Notes: a model not told the origin generated them from the letters alone. A stretch of DNA of 64,000 bases from an uncultured Parachlamydiaceae bacterium (GCA_963752155.1 CAVVXH010000001.1:32001-96000), one strand, 5' to 3'. Counted from the stretch's first letter, positions 1 through 10,231 are shown. Translations and numbers: made by a program.

Positions 1-1676
1 CATTCCGGAGAAGAATAAAGTCGATTGACTCTTTGCATACATTCTAGAACTGAACGACAGGCTTGCAGAGGATGATTATCCATAGGATTAGGAGCATTCC
101 AAAATGCCATTACAGCATCCCCAATGAATTTATCTACCGTGCCTCCAGTGGATTGTACCCCCGCAGTCATCTCTCTTAGATAGTAACCAAGAGCCTCGGC
201 AACTCTTTCAGGATGAAGTTTTTCTGCAATAGATGTAAAGCCCTGTATATCTGTAAACAGGATTGACAGCTGATTAAGTTCGCCACCTAGCGAAGGTTCG
301 CGATTGCTTTTGTAGAGATTTCGAACGAGATCTAGAGGAACATATTTTCCAAGAGCACGCATAGAAGTCTTTGCACGCTCGAGTTCAACCTGAACTTCAG
401 CAATATCTCGAAAGTTCTCAGCTTCAGTGGTCGGAGTAAAGTCTAAAGCACGCATTCGCGAGGTGGCTTTCATAATGGAGCCAAGACCGTTCTTTAGTTG
501 TCGTAAAACAAGTCCTCCGGTGATAAAGCCAAAAAGAGAAGTAAGTAAGAAGAACCAAAGGAATCGATTGCGCAAAGAACGAAGATCTTGAGTATAAAAA
601 TCCTCTGGGACGGCAATCCCTATGATCCAATTTTGAGTGTTCTGTAGTAGGCGAAAACTGACCAACCATTTTTGCCCACTTACATATATTGACTCTGTGC
701 TACTGGGATGATCGATGCTGAGATCGTTTAGACTGGGACTCAAAAGGGCTGAGGCGATGACAGGGTCGAGATTTTTGGGAACAATTCGGAGGTCATCCTC
801 CAAAACTGCAATGTTATCGGTTGGATTGGGCCTTGTCAGCAATCTCCCTTTGGGATCTGTCAAGAAGACTCGATATGCCTGAGAACTATTTCCCTCAAGT
901 GCAAGAGCTTTTTGTGTTGAGGTCGGCAGTTCGTCGATGGTATGTGTGTTGAGACCAATGCGAAGCACCCCTATAAACTTGTCACTGGAATCTCTTATTG
1001 CTTTTTGTACTGTGACAACGACATGTCGTTTCTCTTCCGGTAGCATTTCATCGAGTTCGGACCAATGAAAATCGCTCCAGATAGGATGTCCATAATTTTT
1101 TTGCGCTGTGATTGTTTTGAAAGTTGGATGCATTGTTGGATCAGAAGTAATACCTTCCTGATGAAATGGAGAACCATTAAATAGGGGATTTAAATTTTCT
1201 GATCTCTCACGAATGCTAGCTTCAAAATTCTCATTCTGTTGTGAGACAATTCTTGTATTAAGATGAGAGGCGTCGGTACGGAAAACAGAAATTTGCCAAC
1301 GTTGCTGAGGTGAAATTATCATTTCGCCCAATTCGGAAAAACCTTCTTGTTGGGCGTGTGTGAAGGTGATATCTGAAATTGTTGGATGATTGAGCAGCTC
1401 GATGAAAAGTTCTTTTTCCGGTGCAGTGACGCTATCAAAAGACATCACTCCGGAAAGTATTGCCTTTTCAAGATGATTTAAAGTGCTATTGGCTACATTC
1501 AGTTCGCGATTTACGTTAATTTCGATACGTTTTGCTTCAGCGTCTTGTTGTTTGGCAGCGTTTGCAAGAATTGTTTTTTTTGTGGAATTGATAAGAAATG
1601 TAAAACCTAGTCCTACAATTATTGTAACAGCGAGAATTGTAAGCAAAAAGAGCTGAAAGAGAGTTAATTTTTTCAT
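1..1676 (-). CDS. Membrane-anchored class III adenylate/guanylate cyclase (frameshifted, runs off window edge)
   Basis: Manual translation: N-terminus MKKLTLFQLFLLTILAVTIIVGLGF (TM) from ATG 1676; C-terminal part reads ...SILFTDIQGFTSIAEKL...GGTVDKFIGDAVMAFWNAP, the class III cyclase catalytic motifs. The frame is broken by indels so the ORF track misses it. Confidence 0.85.
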   Translation of the reverse strand, partial: MKKLTLFQLFLLTILAVTIIVGLGFTFLINSTKKTILANAAKQQDAEAKRIEINVNRELNVANSTLNHLEKAILSGVMSFDSVTAPEKELFIELLNHPTISDITFTHAQQEGFSELGEMIISPQQRWQISVFRTDASHLNTRIVSQQNENFEASIRERSENLNPLFNGSPFHQEGITSDPTMHPTFKTITAQKNYGHPIWSDFHWSELDEMLPEEKRHVVVTVQKAIRDSSDKFIGVLRIGLNTHTIDELPTSTQKALALEGNSSQAYRVFLTDPKGRLLTRPNPTDNIAVLEDDLRIVPKNLDPVIASALLSPSLNDLSIDHPSSTESIYVSGQKWLVSFRLLQNTQNWIIGIAVPEDFYTQDLRSLRNRFLWFFLLTSLFGFITGGLVLRQLKNGLGSIMKATSRMRALDFTPTTEAENFRDIAEVQVELERAKTSMRALGKYVPLDLVRNLYKSNREPSLGGELNQLSILFTDIQGFTSIAEKLHPERVAEALGYYLREMTAGVQSTGGTVDKFIGDAVMAFWNAPNPMDNHPLQACRSVLECMQRVNRLYSSPE

Positions 1677-1802
1677 AAGTACCTTGTCATAAAAAAGATA
1701 GCTTGCGTTCATTTTAAAAATCAAGATATTATCAGCAATTCCCACTGCCCGCGTTGCAGCATGAATCAGGGTGTATGAAATCAGAAAAATTTATATCTGG
1801 CG

Positions 1803-2013
1803 CTATTTCAAGATGACTTGTTAAAAATTTTTTGGAGTGCGTGTGGCTCTGCCACCGCGCGAGAAGTCGCTTTAAAGATTACTGGTAGCAATACAGTTTC
1901 AATTTATGCTGATGTAGAGACCCATTTATTTAAATGGATTTTTTGCAATAGACCTCTCGCGCGGTGGCAGAGCCACACGCACTCCAAAAAAATTTTACAA
2001 GTCAACTCGAATA
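1803..2013. repeat. REP-doublet/REPIN-like palindromic element, family A copy 1
   Basis: ~60 bp inverted arms TTGGAGTGCGTGTGGCTCTGCCACCGCGCGAGA / TCTCGCGCGGTGGCAGAGCCACACGCACTCCAA. Confidence 0.9.
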
Positions 2014-2151
2014 GGTAAAAAGATATGACCGAGCCTGGTATAACCGCTATTTTCAAAAAAATACGTAGAAAATACTGATTATTTATTTTAGACGATTTAT
2101 TATAATATTCTTAAAGCTGACAAGAGTCGGTATTAAAACTAGGAGAAGTAT

Positions 2152-2922
2152 ATGTTAAATAATGAATTGTATTTTCGGAATAAATCTGATTGCTTTGAAA
2201 TTGATGCAGGAAGAGGGCTACGTATTTCTGAATTACTTGGAAAACAGAATGGAAATTCCGATCTGTTGAGTATTGCAATCGAAGAGTTTGCTCCGGAAGG
2301 ATCTTCTTCTGCCCATTACCATGTCGAAGCAGAAGAGTACCAGGCAATCTTGGAAGGTTCTGGAAAATTGGTTGTCGGTAATCAGACAAAAATTGTAACA
2401 AAAGGAGACTTTGTCAAAATCCCTAAAGGAATGAGGCATCAAACCTTTAACGATGATCGAGATCAAACACTAAAGCTCTGCTGCTTTCTAACTCCTTCAT
2501 GGGCGGCTGAGGATACAACCTTTATGGATGACATTCCTTCAACTCTTGAAGAGAAGTGTGATCTTTATCTGCGTACAAAAGAAAGCATCGTTGGAATCAA
2601 TCCCGGTAAAGGAGAATACATTTATGAATTCCTTGGAAAAGAGAATGGCTCTTCAGATAAGATGAGTATAGCTCTTGTAGAAATTCACGAGGGATGTTCT
2701 TCAGAGGCACACCTCCATCCCGATGCGGAAGAATTTTATATTGGTATCGAGGGGAAGGGCAGGTTAGTTGTTGACGGGCAAACTCGGATCGTGTCTCGTG
2801 ATGTTCTTGCCAAGATTCCCAAAGGAAAAGTGCATCAGATTTTTAACGATAATAAAGAAACTTTGAAATTTTTATGCGTGTGTGCACCGGCCTGGACTCC
2901 TGAATGTTACGTTAAAGTTTAA
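2152..2922 (+). CDS. Bicupin (two cupin_2 domains) protein
   Basis: Two copies of HxH..EE.Y....G.G.L.V......V...D...IP.G..H cupin motif. Confidence 0.85.
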   Translation: MLNNELYFRNKSDCFEIDAGRGLRISELLGKQNGNSDLLSIAIEEFAPEGSSSAHYHVEAEEYQAILEGSGKLVVGNQTKIVTKGDFVKIPKGMRHQTFNDDRDQTLKLCCFLTPSWAAEDTTFMDDIPSTLEEKCDLYLRTKESIVGINPGKGEYIYEFLGKENGSSDKMSIALVEIHEGCSSEAHLHPDAEEFYIGIEGKGRLVVDGQTRIVSRDVLAKIPKGKVHQIFNDNKETLKFLCVCAPAWTPECYVKV

Positions 2923-2984
2923 TGTATACCTGGTATATCTGAGCTTTCAGCTTTTGCTGAAAGCTCTTATTGTAAGGAAGAAAG

Positions 2985-3821
2985 ATGCAGAACATTTATA
3001 ACTTGATCGGATATCCCTCTAGAAAATACCACCATAAACTTAAAAAGTTAATAGAGCCTCTAACTCTTTTCTGTGGGATCGATCGCTTTTGGAGGAATGC
3101 TCACAAAATTGATGGTTCCTATTCTCTAATTGGTAATTATCCCCCAACTGCAGAGTCCTTTTTTGAACAAGGCCTTTATAAAGGCCATCCTTATTTTCGT
3201 CATCCTAAATTTTTTCGGAGCGGATTTGTAATCCCTGGACTTTATAAAACGATAGAATATGAAACCACTCAGGGCAAAATCCAAGAAGGTGGGGATTGTT
3301 ACCATGTGCTTTTATTTATTGAGAAGGGCGAAGATGGATTTATCGAATATGGGTTTGCAACGAGTCGATTGATTCCGGGTTTTGAAATGACATATTTGAA
3401 CCACCTACAGGCATTTAGAAAATTTATTGACTATTTCGAGATGGAGGGGAAGCAGATCATTAACGAATCTTCGGGATATCAAACAGACATCTCTAGGTTA
3501 GTTGGCAAGCAATATCTTGTTCCTCCGGAAGAAGCCGGAGACACGATTGTTCCTAAAAGTGAGCTTGAATTTCTCGCTGCAATCGAAACTGATCTTGAGA
3601 GAGGAAAATCAATTCTCACGTTGACGAAAAGTGAAAAAGTGTCTTTGGGTTACTATTTGACAGGAAGTACGGTCAAACAAATAGCAGAACAACTTCATAT
3701 CTCCCCAAGGACATTGGAAAAGCATTTGGAAAATGCAAAAGGAAAACTCGGTGTCAAAACTCGAAGTGAGTTATTTGATGTTCTCAATCCCTATCAAGAT
3801 TTGTTTAAAAACGGATTTTAA
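2985..3821 (+). CDS. LuxR-family HTH transcriptional regulator
   Basis: C-terminal LTKSEK...GSTVKQIAEQLHISPRTLEKHLENAKGKLG LuxR HTH. Confidence 0.85.
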   Translation: MQNIYNLIGYPSRKYHHKLKKLIEPLTLFCGIDRFWRNAHKIDGSYSLIGNYPPTAESFFEQGLYKGHPYFRHPKFFRSGFVIPGLYKTIEYETTQGKIQEGGDCYHVLLFIEKGEDGFIEYGFATSRLIPGFEMTYLNHLQAFRKFIDYFEMEGKQIINESSGYQTDISRLVGKQYLVPPEEAGDTIVPKSELEFLAAIETDLERGKSILTLTKSEKVSLGYYLTGSTVKQIAEQLHISPRTLEKHLENAKGKLGVKTRSELFDVLNPYQDLFKNGF

Positions 3822-3860
3822 TGTGATTGAATCAGGGCATATGAAATCAGAATAGTTTAT

Positions 3861-4035
3861 ATCTGGCGCTATTTCAAGGTGACTTGATAAAAATTTTTTG
3901 GAGTGCGTGTGGCTCTGCCACCGCGCGAACCTATTACCTATCCAAATGGATTTTTGCAATAGACCTCTCGCGCGGTGGCAGAGCCACACGCGCTCCAAAA
4001 AATTTTTAACAAGTCAACTTGAAATAGCGCCAGAT
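3861..4035. repeat. REP-doublet/REPIN-like palindromic element, family A copy 2
   Basis: Arms ATCTGGCGCTATTTCAAG..GGAGTGCGTGTGGCTCTGCCACCGCGCGA and reverse complement; near-identical to copy at 1803. Confidence 0.9.
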
Positions 4036-4129
4036 TATACCTTGGAGCATGAATTGCTGGGTCTTGACAGGTAAAAAGAAATACGCTAAAATGTATACAA
4101 ATGGCTATATGAATACACAATGAGGTAAA

Positions 4130-4438
4130 ATGGATACTTTGCATATAAAAGTCACTCATAACATTCATCAAGAATTAAAACATCTCAGTAAAGTTCGTGG
4201 GATGACTGTTTCAGAACTGATTAGACAAGCCTTGTTTACTTGTTATCAGTTTGAATTGTTAGGATTGTCAGATCGACAGAAACAGTCCCTTGAAGCTTAT
4301 AGAGGGGGATTCATAAGTTTAGGAAAATTGAGCGAGCTAATGGGACAAACACCAATTGAAATGCGACAGTGGCTCAAGGAACATCAAATAGTTCAAAATA
4401 ATATATTTTCCGAAGATGATATAACAAATGCACGATAA
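4130..4438 (+). CDS. Putative antitoxin (RHH/CopG-like N-terminus + UPF0175-like C-terminus)
   Basis: ELKHLSKVRGMTVSELIRQAL RHH-like; YRGGFISLGKLSELMG UPF0175-like; overlaps downstream PIN gene. Confidence 0.7.
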   Translation: MDTLHIKVTHNIHQELKHLSKVRGMTVSELIRQALFTCYQFELLGLSDRQKQSLEAYRGGFISLGKLSELMGQTPIEMRQWLKEHQIVQNNIFSEDDITNAR

Positions 4439-4943
4439 ACCTCCGTTGCTCTTTTTTGATACTGTTGTTCTTTCCAATTTCGCTTTTACAAGCGGTGGAA
4501 TTGGTTTCCTTAAAAATAGATATAGAAATAGAGGGATTATTACGCTTCAAGTTTTTCAAGAAATCATAAAAGCAACTTATATTGGCTATACGGATTTAGA
4601 AAAAATTGAACAGGATCTCTTGGCCGATGAAAGTTTCCAAAAAACTGTTCTTACAGAAGCTGAACAACATCATTATATAATGCTACTGAGAAATTTAGGA
4701 GAAGGAGAGGCTTCTTGTATCGCTGCAGCTTATGAACGGAATGGAGTTGTTGTTACTGATGATCGTGCTGCCCGAAATTGTTGTCAGGAAAAATCAATTC
4801 CAATTTCAGGAACAATAGGAATTCTTAAAGCTGCTTGTTTAGATAAAAAATTAGAGCAAAATCAAGCCGACAAAATGCTTAGCCAAATGATTGACAATGG
4901 TTTTTATTCCCCAATCCAGAAAATTTCTAGTATCCTATCGTGA
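4428..4943 (+). CDS. PIN-domain toxin (DUF3368-like)
   Basis: FFDTVVLSNF, LGEGEASCIA, VTDDRAAR, GTIGIL motifs. Confidence 0.85.
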   Translation: MHDKPPLLFFDTVVLSNFAFTSGGIGFLKNRYRNRGIITLQVFQEIIKATYIGYTDLEKIEQDLLADESFQKTVLTEAEQHHYIMLLRNLGEGEASCIAAAYERNGVVVTDDRAARNCCQEKSIPISGTIGILKAACLDKKLEQNQADKMLSQMIDNGFYSPIQKISSILS

Positions 4944-4968
4944 TCTGTTTAAAAACGGATTTTAATGT

Positions 4969-5065
4969 GATTTTACTGCTATCGCAGTAAAATCAATTGA
5001 TTTATACCTAAAATATTTAAAAATCTTCTTTTTCATTATAAAATTACTGCTATCGAGGTAAAATC
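4969..5065. promoter_or_regulatory. Tandem operators of the HTH-HipA operon
   Basis: Perfect palindrome GATTTTACTGC-TATC-GCAGTAAAATC (4969-4994) and a degenerate second copy TTACTGCTATCGAGGTAAAATC (5044-5065) upstream of an XRE gene. Confidence 0.65.
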
Positions 5066-5101
5066 CAATGTGCTATAGTTAAGTTTAATGGTTAGGTACA
5101 A

Positions 5102-5344
5102 ATGATGGATAGCAAACAAATCGGTCGGATCGTGCATTACCATAGGAAAAAAGCTGGATTGTCACAACAGCAGTTGGCTGATTTAGCTGGACTTGGTAAA
5201 ACTGTGGTATTTGACGTTGAAAAAGGGAAAATAACCATTCGGTATGAAACATTGTTAAAATTACTCGATGTCTTGAATATTAAAATAGAATTTCATAGTC
5301 CCTTTATGAAGTCGTATGAGGAACAGCTAGATGAAAAAAGCTAA
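5102..5344 (+). CDS. HipB-like XRE HTH regulator (y4mF-like)
   Basis: RKKAGLSQQQLADLAGLGKTVVFDVEKGK HTH_3 motif. Confidence 0.85.
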   Translation: MMDSKQIGRIVHYHRKKAGLSQQQLADLAGLGKTVVFDVEKGKITIRYETLLKLLDVLNIKIEFHSPFMKSYEEQLDEKS

Positions 5345-5639
5345 AGTTTTCGTTGATGGTCTGCTTGCAGGCGAGCTCCTTGAGCTCGAAAGAGGGCGAT
5401 CCTATAGATTTACTTACATAGAAGGATATGAAGGTCTTCCTGTTTCCCTGACAATGCCGATAACAACCAAGGTTTATGAATACACTCAATTTCCTCCTTT
5501 CTTCGAGGGTGTCCTTCCGGAAGGACTCATGTTGGAAGGATTACTTAGGTATGCAAAAATTGACCGTAATGATTTGATGACTCAATTAATTACAGTCGGA
5601 AGAGATCTCGTAGGTAATGTTACGGTAGAGGCTGCCTAA
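5331..5639 (+). CDS. HipA N-terminal (couple_hipA / HipS-like) protein
   Basis: YRFTY..PVSLTMP..FPPFFEGVLPEG..DLVGNVTV signature. Confidence 0.85.
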   Translation: MKKAKVFVDGLLAGELLELERGRSYRFTYIEGYEGLPVSLTMPITTKVYEYTQFPPFFEGVLPEGLMLEGLLRYAKIDRNDLMTQLITVGRDLVGNVTVEAA

Positions 5640-6565
5640 TGAATCGATGCCCAATAACCTACGAGATATGTGGTGACCAAAAATATTCAACGCGAGGTTT
5701 AAGTCTTCTTTCTAGAGGTTTAAAAAATCTAGAAGACTTTCCGTTAACTTCTAAAGAACAAATCCAACGAGCTATGGAAATTGCATCTAAATTATCCATT
5801 CAAGGAGTACAACCAAAGCTTAGTGTTAGGTTTCTGCCGTTAATGAAATCTTTTGAGATCGTTGAGAAGGGGGGGACGTTTATTCTTAAGCCCCCACATC
5901 ATGTCTATGATGAGTTACCTCAAAATGAAGATCTTACGATGAAAATGGCTGCAGCAGTGGGATTAGAAATTCCTTTACATGGAATGATATATAATATCGA
6001 TGGTTCTCTTTCTTATTTTATTAAACGTTTTGATCGTCTTCCAAGAGGAGGTAAGTTATCTGTCGAGGACTTTTCACAATTATTAGGCAATCCTAGAGAG
6101 ACTAAATATGAATCTAGCATGGAAAAGGTTATATTAGTGATTGAAAAATTTTGTAGTTTTCCGATTGTTGACAAATTAAAATTATTTCGCCTAGTTATCT
6201 TCAATTTTTTGGTCGGCAATGAGGACATGCATCTGAAAAATTTTTCACTTATTACTCGTAAGAGTAAGGTTGAAATGAGTCCATGCTATGACTTAATCAA
6301 TTCTTCTATTGTACTCAATGCTAAAGAAGAGATAGCTCTTCCAATACGAGGTAAGAAAAGTAATTTAAATTATGTTGATTTGGTGGATTACTATGGTTTG
6401 GAGAGGCTTGGTTTACAATTGGAAGTTTTAAACAAAGAACTACTTATGTTTAAGAACGCGATTCCTCGATGGTATGAATTAATTGAACAGAGTTTTCTTT
6501 CTTCTAAAATGAGAGAAAAATATCGCAACATCATTGAAAAGCGTCAACAGCGTCTTTATTCTTGA
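5639..6565 (+). CDS. HipA/HipT-family kinase toxin
   Basis: LSIQGVQPK, ILKP, NEDLTM, IKRFDR, GNEDMHLKNFS, PCYDL motifs. Confidence 0.9.
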   Translation: MNRCPITYEICGDQKYSTRGLSLLSRGLKNLEDFPLTSKEQIQRAMEIASKLSIQGVQPKLSVRFLPLMKSFEIVEKGGTFILKPPHHVYDELPQNEDLTMKMAAAVGLEIPLHGMIYNIDGSLSYFIKRFDRLPRGGKLSVEDFSQLLGNPRETKYESSMEKVILVIEKFCSFPIVDKLKLFRLVIFNFLVGNEDMHLKNFSLITRKSKVEMSPCYDLINSSIVLNAKEEIALPIRGKKSNLNYVDLVDYYGLERLGLQLEVLNKELLMFKNAIPRWYELIEQSFLSSKMREKYRNIIEKRQQRLYS

Positions 6566-6618
6566 CTTCTCTCAAAAAAATTGATAAGTTGTTTGCTTCT
6601 GAACTCTAGGTCATAAGC

Positions 6619-7724
6619 ATGCGTTTTTTATTGATGATTTGTGTTGCATTCATTTTTGCTGCTGGCGTTTTGATGATATTCAGCACAACATCTGCTGAGG
6701 CCATTGAGTTAGATCTTTATCAAAATACTCATCTTGCCATCATCAAACAAATCTATTACGCCATGGCAGGAGTCACTTTAGCAACTTTCGCCTATCATCT
6801 AGGATACCATCGAGTCCTTCAAATGAGCCCCTATTTATTTATTGCGTTTAGCCTATTTCTAGCTTTAGTGCTTATTCCAGGTGTAGGTCGCGAAGTCAAC
6901 GGCTCTCGGAGGTGGCTAAGCATCGGTGGTTTCTCCTTTCAACCCTCTGAATTCATCAAGTACATAGTGCCGGCATTTTTCATTTATCGCTTCCAAGCCT
7001 ACTTTTCAAAGGCAATGTCTTTTCAGCAGTTTTTAAAGCTCATTGCCCTTCCCGCTATCCCTGTCGTTCTCATTTTAGTCGAACCTAATAACGGCACTGC
7101 AGCTGTCGTAGCTATGACAATAGTCGTTTTATGTCTATTGACAGGCATTCCGTTGAAATATTGGTTGTTACCTTTGCTTGTTCTTGGGCTTGTTGGAGGT
7201 ATCTTTGCATCGCAACTTCCGTACGTAACCGGACGTCTTAATGTCTATTTGCATCCTGAACTTGATTTAAAGGGTCGGGGCCATCAGCCTTATCAAGCTA
7301 AAATAGCCGTAGGTTCCGGGGGGCTGTTTGAAGAGGGCCAGGGAATAGCCTACAAAAGCTCAGTTATCTACCTGAAGCTCAAAATGATTATATTGCTGCT
7401 ATTTTCGCTGAAGAATTTGGCTTTATAGGAATGGCTGTACTGATTTTTTTGTATGCTTCTATTGCATGTTTAGGATTTTATATCGCTGTACATGCTAGGG
7501 ATCTTGCAGGATTTTATTTGGCCGGATGTGTGGCTTTTTTGATCTGTTTTCAAACATTTTTGAACCTGGGAGTGGTCTCCGGTATTTTACCAAGCACAGG
7601 GTTAAATCTCCCTTTTTTTAGCCAAGGAGGGAGCTCTCTGATGGCTAATTTTATAGGGATTGGACTTCTCCTTAGCATTGCAAAACCTAAGGGACTGTGC
7701 AATAATAACCTGCACAGTCCCTAA
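6619..7724 (+). CDS. ftsW: Peptidoglycan polymerase FtsW (1-bp frameshift near 7330)
   Basis: GSRRWL..FQPSEF..EPN.GT, GHQPYQAKIAVGSGG; continues in other frame LPEAQNDYIAAIFAEEFG..LPSTGLNLPFFSQGGSS. Confidence 0.9.
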
Positions 7725-7736
7725 AGAACAACCTAT

Positions 7737-8864
7737 ATGACACACAACACTTCAAAGATCTTAATTGCTGCAGGAGGATCTGGTGGACACATTTATCCAG
7801 CGATGGGTGTCGCCTCGGATTTGCTTAAGCAGGATCCTACCATGCAACTCATGTTTGCCGCTGGAGGCCTTTCAGAGAGCCCATTTTTTGATCGCAATAC
7901 TTTTGCATGGAAGTCGATTTCATCAGCTCCGTTTATTAAAAAAGATCCACTAAACCTTCTAAAAAGTTGTGGTGCGATTGCAAAGGGAGTATGGCAAAGT
8001 CATCGAATACTTTCAGACTTCAAGCCCGATCTTGTGATAGGTTTTGGCAGTTATCATATTTTCCCCATGTTGCTTGCAGCTAAACTAAAAGGGTATCCGA
8101 TTGCCTTGCACGAACAAAACAGCAAACCAGGTAAGGTCATCTCTTTGTTTTCAAAATATGCTTTAGTGACCGGAGCATACTTTCCAACGGCTACGCAGGT
8201 ACTCCAAGGGAAAAGTACCCTTTTAAAAATGCCTCTAAGAGAAGGATTTTCTCGCAATGGATGCACAAAAGAAGATGCTTACAGGTATTTCCAACTAGAT
8301 CCTAAAAAGGCAACTTTACTCGTTTTCGGAGGGTCTCAAGGGGCTCAGTTTATCAACAAAACGATTGCTCAACTTTTGGCCAAACATTCCCAGCAAGATG
8401 AGCAATTGAGCCAAAACTTTCAGGTGCTTCATTTTGCAGGAAATGTTGAAGATTCCGACCATGTTGCGTCACTTTATGTAGCTCATGGACTTAAAGCCTT
8501 TGTGAAACCTTTGGAAGCCCGAATGGATTTGGCTTGGCGTGCAGCAGATTTAGCTATTGTACGCGCTGGAGCTGGAACGATCGCCGAACAAATTGAATTT
8601 GAAGTGCCGGCTTTTTTTATTCCCTATCCCCACGGGGATCGGCATCAAGAAAGCAATGCAGATTTTGTTGTTGACGTCGTCAAAGGAGGATGGAAGTTTC
8701 AAGAATCTAACTGGCAGCAAAATCAATTTTTAAGTACTCTACAACTAGTATTAGAAAATAAAGATTCTTCGCTTGCTGAAAAGCAGCAAAATATAACTCT
8801 TCATAAAAATAAATCAACTTGCAGGGAGTTTACATGGGTGATACGCAATTTATTGAACAAGTGA
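7737..8864 (+). CDS. murG: MurG GlcNAc transferase
   Basis: GGSGGHIYPA, HEQNS.PG, GGSQGA, RAGAGTIAE motifs. Confidence 0.95.
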   Translation: MTHNTSKILIAAGGSGGHIYPAMGVASDLLKQDPTMQLMFAAGGLSESPFFDRNTFAWKSISSAPFIKKDPLNLLKSCGAIAKGVWQSHRILSDFKPDLVIGFGSYHIFPMLLAAKLKGYPIALHEQNSKPGKVISLFSKYALVTGAYFPTATQVLQGKSTLLKMPLREGFSRNGCTKEDAYRYFQLDPKKATLLVFGGSQGAQFINKTIAQLLAKHSQQDEQLSQNFQVLHFAGNVEDSDHVASLYVAHGLKAFVKPLEARMDLAWRAADLAIVRAGAGTIAEQIEFEVPAFFIPYPHGDRHQESNADFVVDVVKGGWKFQESNWQQNQFLSTLQLVLENKDSSLAEKQQNITLHKNKSTCREFTWVIRNLLNK

Positions 8865-10222
8865 TGAAGAATAATGTTCATTTTATTGGTATTGGGGGAA
8901 TCGGGATGAGTGCGCTTGCTCAGTTACTGCTGGAACGCCATGTTGCTGTTTCAGGAAGTGATCTAGGAACGACTTATATTACAAAGATGCTTGAAAAGGG
9001 AGGTGCCAAAGTTTACATTGGTCATTCGGCAGGTCATGTGCTTCCAGGTTCAACTGTTGTTTATACTACCGGAATTGCTGAAAGTAATCCTGAATACCTT
9101 GCTGCAAAAGATTTGGGATGTTTACTTTTGCATCGATCGGACCTTCTTAAACTGATTTCTAAATCCTATCAATTGCTAGCTGTAACTGGAACGCATGGCA
9201 AAACGACGACATCCGCTTTGTTGACTCACGTTTTAAAAGACGCAGGGATTGACCCTGCATTTGCCGTAGGAGGAGTTCTTCCTCAATATCACAGTAATGG
9301 AGGTGATGGCAAAGGTCCCTATTTTGTGGTGGAAGCGTGTGAGAGCGATGGCACTTTTTTAAAGTATATGCCTTTTGGAGCTATCATCACGAATATTGAT
9401 TCAGATCATCTTGATTATTATGGTTCGGAAAAGGCCCTGCATGTTGCTTTTTTTGACTTTATCGATTTAGTCGCTTCCACTGAACATCTTTTTTGGTGTG
9501 GGGATGATCCCCATTTAAAGCAATATCATCCGGTAGGAGTAAGTTATGGCTTTGGTGATCATTGCATGTTAAGGATTTCCAATTATGTTCAAAACGGATG
9601 GCAGATTGAATTTGATTTGGATTTCAAAGGACAACATTGGAGTAGAATAAAACTCCCACTGATAGGCTGGCATCAAGCATTAAATGCTGCTGCTGTGTTT
9701 GGATTAGCCTATGCACTTGGGGTGAGTGAGGAATCTGTGCGTCATGCTTTTATGACTTTTAAGAATGTTAAACGTCGTTGTGAGTTAAAAGGAGAATATA
9801 ATAGCATTAAACTCTATGATGATTATGCGCACCATCCAGCAGAAATTAAAACGACTTTGGAAGCTATTAAATCGGCTATAGGTGATAAACGTTTAATAGT
9901 TGTTTATCAACCACATCGTTACACACGTGCTCGAGATTGCATGGGAATGTTTTCATCTGTTTTTAACGCTGCAGATGAAGTGATTTTGACAAACATTTAT
10001 CCAGCAGGGGAATCTCCCATTGATGGAATAAGCGATAAGGTGATTTTTGAGGATATTGCTTTAGCGCATTCGGGTTCGGTACAATTTGTTCGAAATGAAC
10101 AGTTAATCGAATTTCTTGCATCTATATTACGTCCGGATGACGTACTCGTCACTTTAGGAGCTGGCGATGTCACTTATGTAGGTGAAAAATTGCTTACTTA
10201 TTTGAGGGAAAAAAAGGAATAA
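8864..10222 (+). CDS. murC: UDP-N-acetylmuramate-L-alanine ligase
   Basis: HFIGIGGIGMSALA, GTHGKTTT, EACESDG, DDYAHHPAEI, YQPHRYTR; likely start ATG overlapping murG stop. Confidence 0.95.
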   Translation: MKNNVHFIGIGGIGMSALAQLLLERHVAVSGSDLGTTYITKMLEKGGAKVYIGHSAGHVLPGSTVVYTTGIAESNPEYLAAKDLGCLLLHRSDLLKLISKSYQLLAVTGTHGKTTTSALLTHVLKDAGIDPAFAVGGVLPQYHSNGGDGKGPYFVVEACESDGTFLKYMPFGAIITNIDSDHLDYYGSEKALHVAFFDFIDLVASTEHLFWCGDDPHLKQYHPVGVSYGFGDHCMLRISNYVQNGWQIEFDLDFKGQHWSRIKLPLIGWHQALNAAAVFGLAYALGVSEESVRHAFMTFKNVKRRCELKGEYNSIKLYDDYAHHPAEIKTTLEAIKSAIGDKRLIVVYQPHRYTRARDCMGMFSSVFNAADEVILTNIYPAGESPIDGISDKVIFEDIALAHSGSVQFVRNEQLIEFLASILRPDDVLVTLGAGDVTYVGEKLLTYLREKKE

Positions 10223-10231
10223 TAAAGTAGG

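Noticed and set aside
1818..2018. Short ORFs over family A palindromes (also 3771-4171)
   Set aside because: Peptides are just translations of the repeat.
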